DNA of 64,000 nucleotides, from contig JBAYVA010000001.1 of NCBI GenBank assembly GCA_041674805.1, forward strand, positions 198,612 through 262,611, in the 5' to 3' direction. The translations under genes and the position numbers were made by a program. The notes beneath the pieces were generated by a model. The model was not told the origin of the DNA. It saw only the letters and a list, made by a program, of their open reading frames with translations, and searched no databases. The DNA comes from Candidatus Magasanikiibacteriota bacterium (GTDB lineage Bacteria; Patescibacteriota; Patescibacteriia; Magasanikbacterales; UBA922). Within the stretch, counting starts at the first letter, position 1; each line of letters begins with the position of its first letter. Below, piece after piece: positions 1-9,804 of this stretch.

Positions 1-1
1 A

Positions 2-1345
2 AAGACAGTCACTACAGTAAAGAAGACTGTTTCCAAAAAAACAGCTTCCAAAACTAATACAAATTCCCGTCCAAATAAAACTCTTAAACGGGTCCAAAAT
101 GTTGGTAAAAAAATTACTAACACAAAAAATAGTGTCAAAAAAGTACTTAGTAAAAGTGCTTTTAAAAGACAAAAAAGAAAAGAAGAAAAAACAAAAGTAA
201 AACTTGACAAATCACAATTTGACAAGAATTTTGTGGTACCTACAGAAGACAAAGTAGTACAATTGGTAAAAAAAGGACGTGAAAGAGGTTTTTTGACTGA
301 GCATGAAATATTACTGTTGTTTGATAGACTTGAGTATTATTTAGATGTGTTTGATAATTTTTTGGACAAAGTAGACAAAAATAGTGTTTCTATTGTAGAA
401 AGTCAGCCAGGTGGTTTACTCGGTAATAGATATAATACTCATAGAGAAACAGTCATGGTAGATTTACAAGGAGATCAAGCTGGTGAGAAGTCATTTTTGT
501 CTTTTGATTTGGCTAATATTTCTCAAGATTCTATCCAAATGTATTTGCGTGAAATTGGTAAGGTACCACTTTTGTCAGCTGACGACGAAGTATCTTTGGC
601 CAAACGACGTGAAAGAGGTGACAAAAATGCTGAACGAAAAATGATTGAAGCCAATTTGCGTCTAGTAGTTTCTATTGCCAAAAAATTTGTTGGTAAATCA
701 TTATCAATGCTTGATTTGATTCAAGAAGGAAATATTGGTTTGTTCCGTGCTGTCAAAAAGTTTGATTATCGTAAAGGTTACAAATTTTCTACTTATGCCA
801 CTTGGTGGATAAGACAAGCTATCACTCGTGCTTTGGCTGACCATTCTCGTACGATTCGTATTCCTGTTCATATGGTCGAGACAATCAATAGATTGCAACA
901 AGTTTCTCGTCATTTGCTTCAAGATCTAGGTCGTGATGCAACTCCAGAAGAAATTGCAGCTGAAATGGGTGAGGAAGTAGAAAAAGTCAAACATATTATC
1001 AAAATTTCTCAAGACACAGTCTCACTTGAAACTTCTGTGGGTGATAATGATGATGACGATACTTCACTTTCTGACTTTATCAAAGACGTCAAATCTGTTA
1101 GTCCTGCACAAGCCGCTGGCGTGGAATTACTCAAAGATTATATCAAAGAAGCGGTCAAAGATCTTTCTCCTCGTGAGAAAAAAATCTTGGAAATGCGTTT
1201 TGGTCTAGATGATGGTGTCACTCATACTTTGGAAGAAGTTGGTAAAGAATTTGGTGTTACTCGTGAACGTATTCGTCAGATTGAATCAAAAGCGCTTGAT
1301 AAAATTAAAGATTTTGATGTGATTAAGAAGTTGCGTGACTATTAA
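2..1345 (+). CDS. rpoD: RNA polymerase sigma factor RpoD (sigma-70). The frame is open from position 2, so the gene is 5' partial; the ORF track starts at GTG 233.
   Basis: Regions 2.4/3/4 are recognisable ([37 protein letters not shown]; [27 protein letters not shown]). A Lys-rich N-terminal region runs in frame back to the window start. Confidence 0.9.
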   Translation, partial: KTVTTVKKTVSKKTASKTNTNSRPNKTLKRVQNVGKKITNTKNSVKKVLSKSAFKRQKRKEEKTKVKLDKSQFDKNFVVPTEDKVVQLVKKGRERGFLTEHEILLLFDRLEYYLDVFDNFLDKVDKNSVSIVESQPGGLLGNRYNTHRETVMVDLQGDQAGEKSFLSFDLANISQDSIQMYLREIGKVPLLSADDEVSLAKRRERGDKNAERKMIEANLRLVVSIAKKFVGKSLSMLDLIQEGNIGLFRAVKKFDYRKGYKFSTYATWWIRQAITRALADHSRTIRIPVHMVETINRLQQVSRHLLQDLGRDATPEEIAAEMGEEVEKVKHIIKISQDTVSLETSVGDNDDDDTSLSDFIKDVKSVSPAQAAGVELLKDYIKEAVKDLSPREKKILEMRFGLDDGVTHTLEEVGKEFGVTRERIRQIESKALDKIKDFDVIKKLRDY

Positions 1346-1390
1346 AATATAAAAACATCTCAACAATTAAACACTATAATATTAAAACGT

Positions 1391-1428
1391 AAAAAACAAT
1401 CCCGATAGTTAGTCGGGATTTTTTTTGT
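1391..1428. terminator. Rho-independent terminator hairpin (aatcccga-loop-tcgggatt followed by a T-run), usable in both directions between rpoD and the convergent gene
   Basis: 8-bp stem followed by a T8 run, read directly from the sequence. Confidence 0.6.
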
Positions 1429-1503
1429 AATTTTAATTTTTTGTTTTTATATTTTCATAATAAAAAAGTAATTCATTCACAAGATATTTTATCATGAAAA
1501 CGT

Positions 1504-2256
1504 TTAATCTGATTCGGCAAGAATTTCTAATAAATCTAAAAATAGGTTAATAATATCTAAATAAATATTTACAGCAATAGTGATTGCAGCTCCCCACGAT
1601 TCATCTCCTTTCATTTTTTCCATCATGTTGAAGTCGAAAAGTAAATATAAAGTAAAGATAATAGCTCCAATATATGCTTTGACTAGGGAAAACATTTTTG
1701 AACGGAAAAAGAAAACATTCAAAAATCCCATTATAATTAGTACAAATAATGACATGAATAAAAAACCTCCAAGGAAACTGAAATCAATACTTGTTAGAAA
1801 TACAATCCCAGCTGTAGAAAAAACAGCAAGGGCTGTAGCAAATAATGCTTGAAAAACAATATTGTGCCATTCTTTGTGATATTTAGTAGCGTCAAAAGAT
1901 TTTTCTAATTCATTTTTTTGTTCATCATTAATTTCTTGTCCTTTTTTTATAATAATTCCACGACTTTTGAAATATCTTTTAATTTTGAATCTTTTGCCTA
2001 AGTGTTCAATTGTTGGACCAATTTCCCAGCCAACTAAAGCTGAAAAAACAGCAACAAGAAAAATATTGAGAGGATAAATGTTTGCAAACAACATTATTGC
2101 AAGCAAAAAAACAAATGTAGCAATAACGGTTATAAACATTTCTTTTGTTGTTTCAAACGTTTTATTTATGCGAGATGTTATTGAGGTAATTAACAACATA
2201 CCCCCGACAATTAAGAATGTACGAGCAAATAAGATATCAAACATATTTTTGGTCAA
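1504..2256 (-). CDS. Bax inhibitor-1/YccA family membrane protein
   Basis: Seven hydrophobic segments and a C-terminal NIYLDIINLFLDLL-type motif typical of the BI-1/UPF0005 family. Confidence 0.55.
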   Translation of the reverse strand: MTKNMFDILFARTFLIVGGMLLITSITSRINKTFETTKEMFITVIATFVFLLAIMLFANIYPLNIFLVAVFSALVGWEIGPTIEHLGKRFKIKRYFKSRGIIIKKGQEINDEQKNELEKSFDATKYHKEWHNIVFQALFATALAVFSTAGIVFLTSIDFSFLGGFLFMSLFVLIIMGFLNVFFFRSKMFSLVKAYIGAIIFTLYLLFDFNMMEKMKGDESWGAAITIAVNIYLDIINLFLDLLEILAESD

Positions 2257-2414
2257 AGTATTAATAGTATAAAAGTAATTTTGAAATAAGTTTCTTAATA
2301 GCGTAACTTTTTAAAAGTAGTATTCACAGATAATTTGTTTGTGAATTGTTTATAAGTATATCATTTTTATGGGGAATGGCAAGATATTTTGTTTATTGTT
2401 TATAATATTCAAGT

Positions 2415-4193
2415 ATGTTACAATTCAAGCATTATATTTTCAAAAAAATTTTATTTATGCATTTTTTTTCTTATTTAAAAGAACATTTTATTGTTTTTAT
2501 TTTTTTATTAACCTTTTCATTTTTACCAAGCATTACCAAAGCTGATTCAGTTCCTTATGTCGGAGTGAGAGACGAGGGTTTGAGTGTGGAATACATTAGT
2601 CAATCAGTTGATGACGATATTCAAATCAAAGCGGGGGACAGTGTAAATATTATTTTCAAATTCAAAAATATTGGTACAAAAACTTGGGACAGTAACAGCA
2701 AAAATTATATTTCTGCTTTCACTATGGAACCTCGTTATCGTAATTCTGAATTTCGAGGTGACAACTGGTTGGGCGCTTATGAGACAGCCAAAATAAATGG
2801 ACAAGTGAAACCTGGAGAAATAGCTGAGTTGTCTTTGAACTTGAAAGCACCAAATAAACCTGGTAAATATATAGAAAAATTCTATTTGGCTTCAAACAAC
2901 TATTCATGGGTAAAAAATGGATACTTTTTTGTTGTTTTGAATGTCGTAGAAAATGTTACAGTTAGTGATATTGTCCCTGTCGTTAATGATGAAATTAGTC
3001 AAGTAGTTAATACTGTTGTAGCTACAACTACCACAAAAAATCTTAGTTTTTCTAGTGGAAAATTGTCAATGATTAGTAGTAAAGATTTTATTGCTAAAGG
3101 TGGGCAACAAATTCCTTTTATTTTGGGTTTTCAAAATTTGAGTCAAGTTGCTTGGAATGGTTATACTATTGCCATAACTGATGACAGCAAAGATTATAAT
3201 TTCATTGATGATGATTGGGCTTCAGCCAATGTAATTCTTTCACAAGATAAAGAAATTGTATCTTATACTAATACTCGTGATACTATTTATCTGCGAGCAC
3301 CAAACAAGCTCGGTGAGTACAAACTTAGATTACAGCTTTTTAGCGATAAAAAAGAAGTAGTAGGTGCTTATGTAGATATTATAGTAAGAGTGTTGGTCGA
3401 AGCAGAAGAAAATTATCTAGTAGCAAGCAAAAGTATTGATACAAATTATGTTTTTGAAATAGTAAAAGATGATAGAGAATATTTAGATAGTTTTGATTTG
3501 GTAAAGCTAAATAAAAAATTAAATACCTATTTGCCAGTGCTCATGTTTCATTATATAGAAGATATTTCTGCCAATACATCTGACAAACTTCGTTATAATT
3601 TGTCTTTTTCGCCAGAAAAGTTGGAGCAATTTTTGCAATATTTCAAAAAAAACAACATTGAAACTCTGACTTTTTGGGATGTAAAAGATATTTTGGAAGG
3701 TAAGAAGGATTTGCCAAAGAAAGCTGTGATTCTTACTTTTGATGATGGTTATGTGAGTCATTATAAAGACGCTTTTCGTCTTTTGCAAAAATATGAGATG
3801 AAAGGTGTGTTTTATATAATTACCAATGCTACTTTCAATACTAAAGAGCATCTCAATTGGGAGCAAATAAAAGAAATGTCTGATGCTGGTCAAGAAATAG
3901 GTTCACACACTGTCAATCATTTGGATTTGTCTTTGGTTAGCTTGGAAAAGCAGAAAAAAGAAATAGTAGATTCTAAAAAAATGATAGAAGAAAAAATTGG
4001 TAAGCCTGTAATTTCTTTTTGTTATCCTTCTGGAAAATATAGTAGTACAGCGCTAAAATTGGTAAAAGACAATTATCTTTTTGCCAGAACTACACAAGCG
4101 GGAAAATATTTTTCTTTTGATAACAGATATGAAAATCCAACAGTGAGAATTTTTCCCACAAGTGGTTTTACTTTGTTAGATATTTTGTTTTAA
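2415..4193 (+). CDS. Secreted polysaccharide deacetylase (NodB-homology domain) with an N-terminal beta-rich domain. An alternative start at M2457 is possible.
   Basis: Signal/anchor peptide. C-terminal NodB motifs (ILTFDDGYVSHY; GSHTVNHLDL; CYPSG). Confidence 0.75.
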   Translation: MLQFKHYIFKKILFMHFFSYLKEHFIVFIFLLTFSFLPSITKADSVPYVGVRDEGLSVEYISQSVDDDIQIKAGDSVNIIFKFKNIGTKTWDSNSKNYISAFTMEPRYRNSEFRGDNWLGAYETAKINGQVKPGEIAELSLNLKAPNKPGKYIEKFYLASNNYSWVKNGYFFVVLNVVENVTVSDIVPVVNDEISQVVNTVVATTTTKNLSFSSGKLSMISSKDFIAKGGQQIPFILGFQNLSQVAWNGYTIAITDDSKDYNFIDDDWASANVILSQDKEIVSYTNTRDTIYLRAPNKLGEYKLRLQLFSDKKEVVGAYVDIIVRVLVEAEENYLVASKSIDTNYVFEIVKDDREYLDSFDLVKLNKKLNTYLPVLMFHYIEDISANTSDKLRYNLSFSPEKLEQFLQYFKKNNIETLTFWDVKDILEGKKDLPKKAVILTFDDGYVSHYKDAFRLLQKYEMKGVFYIITNATFNTKEHLNWEQIKEMSDAGQEIGSHTVNHLDLSLVSLEKQKKEIVDSKKMIEEKIGKPVISFCYPSGKYSSTALKLVKDNYLFARTTQAGKYFSFDNRYENPTVRIFPTSGFTLLDILF

Positions 4194-4210
4194 GTTTCAT
4201 AAAAATAAAA

Positions 4211-4248
4211 AAACAATCTCGATGAATATCGGGATTGTTTTAAATTAT
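4211..4248. terminator. Hairpin terminator (acaatctcgat/atcgggattgt) shared by convergent genes
   Basis: 11-bp stem with one G-U pair, flanked by A/T runs. Confidence 0.5.
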
Positions 4249-4269
4249 GTTAGGTGATGTCGTTGAATT

Positions 4270-4584
4270 TTATAGCATTTTCTTCTTTTCTCCTTTGAAA
4301 GCGTGCCAGGCACCTTTGATTGATAGTGCAAATGATAAAATGACTATTGTTAAACCAGTATATATCAAAAATTTTGAGGCAACACTTTCCCATAGAAGGC
4401 CCAGAAACAAAATAACTATTCCTGGTATAATGACCATTTTTATTATTTTGTTTTCTTGTTCAAAATGGAACTTAGTAAATTCTGAATTAGTTTGGGTTAA
4501 CCATGATATTACATATCCAAGTTCGAAGAGATAAGCTGATGCGGCGACAATTTTTTCTTGTTTTGTAGTGTTAGTCGTTTCCAT
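4270..4584 (-). CDS. Small membrane protein (DUF4870-like)
   Basis: Two to three TM helices and an AASAYL motif; weak family resemblance only. Confidence 0.4.
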   Translation of the reverse strand: METTNTTKQEKIVAASAYLFELGYVISWLTQTNSEFTKFHFEQENKIIKMVIIPGIVILFLGLLWESVASKFLIYTGLTIVILSFALSIKGAWHAFKGEKKKML

Positions 4585-4619
4585 AATTTTTTGTTTAGTA
4601 AATAAAAAAATTGGTTAAA

Positions 4620-5138
4620 TTATTTGCTGAAAACAGATACAAATCTTCCTTCGTAGAGAAGTTTGACTACTTCTGTTGGACTGAATATTTTTCCATTCAT
4701 ACAAACATAAATGCCTGGTTTTAGCTCATGAATTTTTGCAATAGAATAACCTAGATTAAATGGAGCATCAGATGGTGAAAAACCAAGAAGTGGAATCATA
4801 CTGCCTGTAAAAATAATAATTTTATTATGTTTACCAAGATTTGCATCTAAATAGCGTGCTGTGTCTGGCATGGTATATGTTCCGTGGGTCACAATAAATT
4901 TTTTGTGAGGACTTTTTTTAATTTCTTTCAATACATTTGCAAGATCACTTTTTTTCAAGGCTCTACTATCTTTCATACAAATGGTTGTAAACTCTGTTTT
5001 TTCGTGGAGTTTCAGACTTTTTATATAGGCTGGTATTGAGGATTCTTTCAAAGTGTCTACTGTATCTTTTACGCCATTATAAAAAGAATCTATGGTACCA
5101 CCAGTTATGATGAAATGGATTGCATTTTTTTGTGTCAT
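4620..5138 (-). CDS. L-asparaginase N-terminal-domain-like protein (stand-alone, 172 aa)
   Basis: IITGGTIDS and HGTYTMPDTARYL resemble the asparaginase TGGTIAG and hGTDTMeetA motifs. The C-terminal domain is absent. Confidence 0.45.
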   Translation of the reverse strand: MTQKNAIHFIITGGTIDSFYNGVKDTVDTLKESSIPAYIKSLKLHEKTEFTTICMKDSRALKKSDLANVLKEIKKSPHKKFIVTHGTYTMPDTARYLDANLGKHNKIIIFTGSMIPLLGFSPSDAPFNLGYSIAKIHELKPGIYVCMNGKIFSPTEVVKLLYEGRFVSVFSK

Positions 5139-5314
5139 AATATTTAAAACAATTATAAATTCATATTACAATCATATCAAAAAAACAGTGACTTTTCAAT
5201 CCCGACCTAGTCGGGACGAGAAATTTTGATTTTTTATAACTTGCTATGAAGATGTTCTTTTTTATATTTTGTTAGTTTATTGTAAAATAATTAGTTACGC
5301 TGTTTTTGTATTAC

Positions 5315-5611
5315 TTATTTAAAATATTTTTTGGCACTTGGTCGGCGATGAGGACAGCCGGGCCAACAACAAGGTCGGCGTTTACCGGCCAGAAGATCAT
5401 CACACAAGCGGTCTAGATGTTCTTTTCTGGTTTCTTGTTTTTTTACGATGGTAACCCAACATATCCACTCGTTTCGGGCGAGGGGAGTGAGGCTGTTCCA
5501 TTTTTCAAGTACTTCTTTATTGGAAGCCAATGTTTCTTTCAAATCAGCCGGTATTTTGTGGAGTGTAAAAGGGGTGATTTGTTTGGGCATATTTTTATTA
5601 GTTATCGGCAA
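5315..5611 (-). CDS. YdeI/OmpD-associated (DUF1801-like) family protein
   Basis: NEWICWVTIVKKQETRKEHLDRL motif and a GC-rich C-terminal KRRPCCWPGCP tail. Confidence 0.5.
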   Translation of the reverse strand: MPITNKNMPKQITPFTLHKIPADLKETLASNKEVLEKWNSLTPLARNEWICWVTIVKKQETRKEHLDRLCDDLLAGKRRPCCWPGCPHRRPSAKKYFK

Positions 5612-5775
5612 AATAATGTCACCTAATGTTCAATTATATGTGCGAAATTTGGGAGAAGGAATTTTTTTACATTGAATTATAAATGTGAAAAATTCTTGAA
5701 CCGGATATGCCGTGTTAGCTAATGTAAAAAATTCTTTGTACAATGTTTATTTTCAGTACTTTTGAAAAATTTTTC

Positions 5776-6231
5776 TTACGAAAGTGTCAATTTATATGTG
5801 ATTCCATCTTTCCATTCTGGATTATTCCATTCTTCAAAGCCTAATTTTGCACAAAGTTTTTGCATTGGAAGATTTTCAAAAGCTGTTTCAGTAATTACAT
5901 ATTGAGATTTATGTTTTTTGGCATGGTTTATACAATCCTCCATAAGTTTTTTACCAATTTCTTGCTTTTGAAAATCTGGATTTACGAATATTTCACGAAT
6001 AAAGAAACAATTATTTTCCCACCAGTCTGTGTCACAAGAAACAAATCCGACAAACTCATCTTCTTGTTTCGCAACAATATAAAGGCTATTTTCTCTATTA
6101 AAATTATTTTTTAATAGGTCAATTGTTTTTTTGCCATATTTATAGGAAAAACCTTTATAAATTGATTCTTTATTGTGTAAAATTTCAATTTCATCTTTGC
6201 TTATTACTTTGTGATAAACGATATTGATCAT
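5776..6231 (-). CDS. GNAT family N-acetyltransferase
   Basis: Acetyl-CoA binding motif (IREIFVNPDFQKQEIGKKLME). Confidence 0.7.
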   Translation of the reverse strand: MINIVYHKVISKDEIEILHNKESIYKGFSYKYGKKTIDLLKNNFNRENSLYIVAKQEDEFVGFVSCDTDWWENNCFFIREIFVNPDFQKQEIGKKLMEDCINHAKKHKSQYVITETAFENLPMQKLCAKLGFEEWNNPEWKDGITYKLTLS

Positions 6232-6317
6232 AGAAAAATTTTTTCAAAAAAGTAAAGGTACAACGTTTATTAGAATTTTTTATTTCAGCTAACGTTCGCG
6301 TTTATGCGATGTGATAA

Positions 6318-7004
6318 TTAGTTTTCGTCCTTTGCAAAGTAGATCTCACCTGTTTGGGGCAAATTAAATTTATTAATTAGATATTTGACTAGTTGTTTGG
6401 TTGATTCTATCCTATCTTCTGGATTAGAGAGATATACTTTCTCATAAAGTTTAAAAAAATCCCTGTCTATTTCTTTTATTTTACTTTCCAATTGAAGAGA
6501 TTTTGGTAGCCACTCATTGTTCAATTCAAAAAAAAGTTTGACCATTTTATCCATGATTACATCCCACGAGTGATAAGCAAGTGTGCTGTTAGGTTTATTC
6601 AGTGTGTGTAAAAACATTGTACAGAGATATCCGGCCTCTTTTGGATCATTTTTTGGACCGAGTGACCAAACCCTATTTGCTTTTTTTTGAATTGTTTTCA
6701 TTTGTCCTGATTTGTCAAACACAATTTTACCGTGTGCAATAATTGAAAGTTCAGCATTACTTACTTTATCACGCCTAAAATCCTGATTATTGATAACTTC
6801 CGCCGTAGCACAGCAAATATCTACTAACAGACCTTTGTAGTGAAATGTTTTGTAATATGATTTACCCTTGCTTATTAGCACAGTGAAATCGTAGTCACTT
6901 GTGGCTACAAAGTCTCCTTCAATTCTACTTCCAGCATAAATTATACCCTCGCAAAAAGGGATTTTTTTAAGCTTTTCGATAATCAAATTTACGTTTGTAT
7001 CCAT
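6318..7004 (-). CDS. Nucleotidyltransferase-domain protein (Pol-beta superfamily, ANT/Lnu-like)
   Basis: GS-x9-SDYDFTVL nucleotidyltransferase signature at the N-terminus. Confidence 0.5.
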   Translation of the reverse strand: MDTNVNLIIEKLKKIPFCEGIIYAGSRIEGDFVATSDYDFTVLISKGKSYYKTFHYKGLLVDICCATAEVINNQDFRRDKVSNAELSIIAHGKIVFDKSGQMKTIQKKANRVWSLGPKNDPKEAGYLCTMFLHTLNKPNSTLAYHSWDVIMDKMVKLFFELNNEWLPKSLQLESKIKEIDRDFFKLYEKVYLSNPEDRIESTKQLVKYLINKFNLPQTGEIYFAKDEN

Positions 7005-7186
7005 AATAGAAAACTAATTTTTATTTCGCATAACATTTGTTATACGAACTCTTTAAAATAGTCGCTAAATTACGCTATTTATTTTAAATAAATATAAATT
7101 TATAATTAGCTAAAAATCCATACTTTTATCATATCAAAAAAACAATCCCTTCACAAGAGATTGTTAAAATTAAATAGTATAGGAGT

Positions 7187-7237
7187 GGAGAACGTAAGTT
7201 CGCCAATTTTTGTAAACAGGGCGAACTTACGTTCTCC
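7187..7237 (-). terminator. Perfect 18-bp inverted repeat hairpin (ggagaacgtaagttcgcc / ggcgaacttacgttctcc, 15-nt loop), 16 nt downstream of the sod stop
   Basis: Read directly from the sequence; the strongest stem-loop in the window. Confidence 0.6.
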
Positions 7238-7252
7238 AATCCTTGTAGCTTT

Positions 7253-7837
7253 TTATTGTAGTCTTTCCTCAACCATCTTCCAATTCACATGATCCCAAAA
7301 TTTAGCAATGAAGTCTGGACGGGCGTTGCGGAAATCTATGTAGTAAGCATGCTCCCAAACATCTAGAGTAAGTAAAGGTTTTTTGCCTTCTGTCAGGGGA
7401 GTATTGGCATTGCTGGTTTGTAATATTTCCAATTTGCCGTCACTAGTCTCTACTAACCAAGTCCAGCCAGAACCAAATAGGGAAGTGGCAGCGGTAGTAA
7501 ATTTTTCTTTGAAATTTTCTAGTGATTCAAAATTTTCAGCAATTTTTGTCAAAGTTTTTCCACCAATTGCTTGAGATTCTGGAATAAGAGATTCCCAAAA
7601 AAAACTATGATTGAAATGTTGAGCTGAATTATTAAATACAGCCATATTTTTTTCACTATTGGCAGTCTTGATGACTTCTTCCAAGTCTTTGCCGACATAG
7701 TCTGTACCTTCTATGGCTGCATTTAGCTTGTTTACATAAGCAGCATGATGTTTGCCATGATGATAATCAAAACCTTCGGCTGTACAAAAGTCTGGCATAG
7801 AATCTTTGGCAAAAGGTAAATTTGGTAGTTCGAACAT
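7253..7837 (-). CDS. sodA: Superoxide dismutase [Fe/Mn]
   Basis: DVWEHAYYIDFRNARPDF and FNNSAQHFNHSFFW signatures. Confidence 0.9.
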   Translation of the reverse strand: MFELPNLPFAKDSMPDFCTAEGFDYHHGKHHAAYVNKLNAAIEGTDYVGKDLEEVIKTANSEKNMAVFNNSAQHFNHSFFWESLIPESQAIGGKTLTKIAENFESLENFKEKFTTAATSLFGSGWTWLVETSDGKLEILQTSNANTPLTEGKKPLLTLDVWEHAYYIDFRNARPDFIAKFWDHVNWKMVEERLQ

Positions 7838-7895
7838 AGGGTTTTTGTTATTTTTTTAAATCGTGTTTTTTAAAACATTAAATTTTAAAATTTAT

Positions 7896-8882
7896 TTAAT
7901 ATCCTAAGATATTTTTTCTTTTTTCAGTCCAAGCAATAGTATCCTTTATTCCTTGTTCTATACTTAGTTCAGCTTTCCAATTTAGTAGTGTATAAGCTTT
8001 TTGTGAACTTGCATAGCCACCAATTACGTCACCTGGTCTTCTTGGTTTATTTTCTTTAGCAATTTTGTATCCAATTACATTTTCAAAAGCTTGGATGAAT
8101 TCCAATACTGTAGCACCTTTTTCTGAACCTAAATTTATCACACAATATTTTTCAGTAATTTTTTCAAATTTTTCAAGAGCAAGCATATGGGCACGAGCTA
8201 AATCCCAAACATGAACATAATCTCTAATAGCAGTACCATCTCTTGTTTCCCAATCAACACCTGTAATAGGCATATTTTCTTTAGTTGCTTGTGTTTTTAG
8301 TATTACGCCTAGTAAATGGCTAGGATTTGCCAACTGTGAACCACTACGAAACTTTGGGTCGGCTCCGACCGGATTGAAATATCTAAGCGAAATAACTTTG
8401 AAGTCATACGCTTTACTAAAATCTTCTAAAATATTTTCAATTATAATTTTAGTATTAGCATATGGACAATTTGCCTTTAGAGGACTTTTTTCATTTACTT
8501 GTAATCCTTCGTCATTGTCATAAATAGAAGCAGACGAGCTAAAAATTATTTTATTTTGGCCTAATTCTATAAGATTATGAAATAATTCTAATGATTTTAC
8601 AACATTTTCTTTGTAGTATTTGTAAGGTTGTGCGACAGATTCAGGTACTACTATGATGGCTGCACAATGAATTGTACAGTATATATCCTTATTTTCAGTA
8701 AAAATTTGTTTTAGTAATTTTTTATCAGCTATATCACCTTCATAAAATATTTTGTTTTTAGTAAATTCTTTTTTTCCTGTTACCAGAGAGTCCAAAATAA
8801 TTGGTTCAATACCTGTATCTTGCAAATATGATGCAATAGTACTACCAATATAGCCGGCTCCTCCTGTAATTAATACTTTCAT
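7896..8882 (-). CDS. galE: UDP-glucose 4-epimerase (NAD-dependent epimerase). The start is placed at the internal MKVLITGG; the longer ORF to 8942 runs through an intergenic palindrome.
   Basis: Rossmann motif VLITGGAGYIGS, a YxxxK region, NPVGA. Confidence 0.85.
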   Translation of the reverse strand: MKVLITGGAGYIGSTIASYLQDTGIEPIILDSLVTGKKEFTKNKIFYEGDIADKKLLKQIFTENKDIYCTIHCAAIIVVPESVAQPYKYYKENVVKSLELFHNLIELGQNKIIFSSSASIYDNDEGLQVNEKSPLKANCPYANTKIIIENILEDFSKAYDFKVISLRYFNPVGADPKFRSGSQLANPSHLLGVILKTQATKENMPITGVDWETRDGTAIRDYVHVWDLARAHMLALEKFEKITEKYCVINLGSEKGATVLEFIQAFENVIGYKIAKENKPRRPGDVIGGYASSQKAYTLLNWKAELSIEQGIKDTIAWTEKRKNILGY

Positions 8883-8914
8883 AAAGATTTTTTTTAAAAA
8901 CAATATACAAATTG

Positions 8915-8986
8915 CAAATTCCAAACAATTTACAAATTTCAATATAAAATATTGTAATTTGTGTTTTGTGTATTGTTTGGAATTTG
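8915..8986. repeat. Imperfect palindrome (caaattccaaacaat ... attgtttggaatttg) between galE and the peroxiredoxin gene
   Basis: 15-bp inverted repeat arms separated by about 42 nt. Confidence 0.4.
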
Positions 8987-9024
8987 TTTATTTATAATTG
9001 TTTATTTTTGAATAATTAGGAAAA

Positions 9025-9609
9025 TTAAATTTTACCTACTAAATCAAGCCCTGGTTTCAAAGTATCTTTGCCTGGTTTCCATTTGGCAGGACATACTTTG
9101 TCGCCGTGTTCAGATACGAATTGAGCGGCTTGAAGTTTTCTTAGCAATTCTTCTGAATTTCTACCGATACTGTTGTCATTGATTTCGTAAGATTTGATAA
9201 CGCCATCTGGATTGACGATGAATGTAGCACGCAAGTCAACACCTTCTTCTGGCAAGTAAACGCCAAGCAATTTGGAAAATTTTGAAGTAGGATCAGCCAA
9301 CATTGGATAATTTACTTTTTTGATTGCTTCTGAATGATCATGCCAAGCTTTGTGTACAAATACTGTATCTGTACTTACACTCAAAACCTCAGTATTTAGA
9401 GATTTGAATGTTTCATAGGTCTCAGCCATATCTTCTAGTTCAGTAGGACAGACAAAAGTGAAGTCTGCTGGATAAAAGAAAAGAATAGACCATTTTCCTC
9501 CCATTTTACTTGGGTTTATTTTGACAATTTCATTGTTGCTATAAGCTTCCAATTCCATGTCAGGTACTTTTTGTCCAATGAAACTTGGACGATACATTAT
9601 TTCTTCCAT
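9025..9609 (-). CDS. 2-Cys peroxiredoxin (AhpC/Tsa family)
   Basis: FTFVCPTE peroxidatic Cys motif and a C-terminal VCPAKW resolving Cys. Confidence 0.85.
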   Translation of the reverse strand: MEEIMYRPSFIGQKVPDMELEAYSNNEIVKINPSKMGGKWSILFFYPADFTFVCPTELEDMAETYETFKSLNTEVLSVSTDTVFVHKAWHDHSEAIKKVNYPMLADPTSKFSKLLGVYLPEEGVDLRATFIVNPDGVIKSYEINDNSIGRNSEELLRKLQAAQFVSEHGDKVCPAKWKPGKDTLKPGLDLVGKI

Positions 9610-9804
9610 ATGTGGATAAAATTAAGTTTATTAAATAATATAATTTATACTTTTATGGTACTATATAAGAGCTATCTAGTCAATCTGTGGAAAAGTATTG
9701 ATTTTCCTTCACAATTGCATAGTATATAAGCTTTGTGCTATAATTGCCAAAGTCAAAAAACTAATTTATTAATTAATTTATTTATTTCATTTAATTTTGT
9801 AAAT

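Noticed and set aside
5340-5410. Short GC-rich stretch (ggtcggcgatgaggacagccgggccaacaacaaggtcggcg...)
   Set aside because: It lies inside the YdeI-family ORF and encodes its conserved KRRPCCWPGCPHRRP tail, so the GC excess is a coding constraint, not foreign DNA.
8883-8942. N-terminal extension of galE to the ORF-track start at 8942
   Set aside because: The extension (MKFVNCLEFAICILFLKKIF) runs through the intergenic palindrome, and the Rossmann fold begins at MKVLITGG, so the start was placed at 8882.
9733-9804. Upstream start of the dsbA-like ORF (MCYNCQSQ...)
   Set aside because: The 24 extra residues are AT-rich low-complexity sequence. The TM anchor and mature protein start naturally at MEEQ (9805). 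The call is uncertain because Shine-Dalgarno signals are weak genome-wide.
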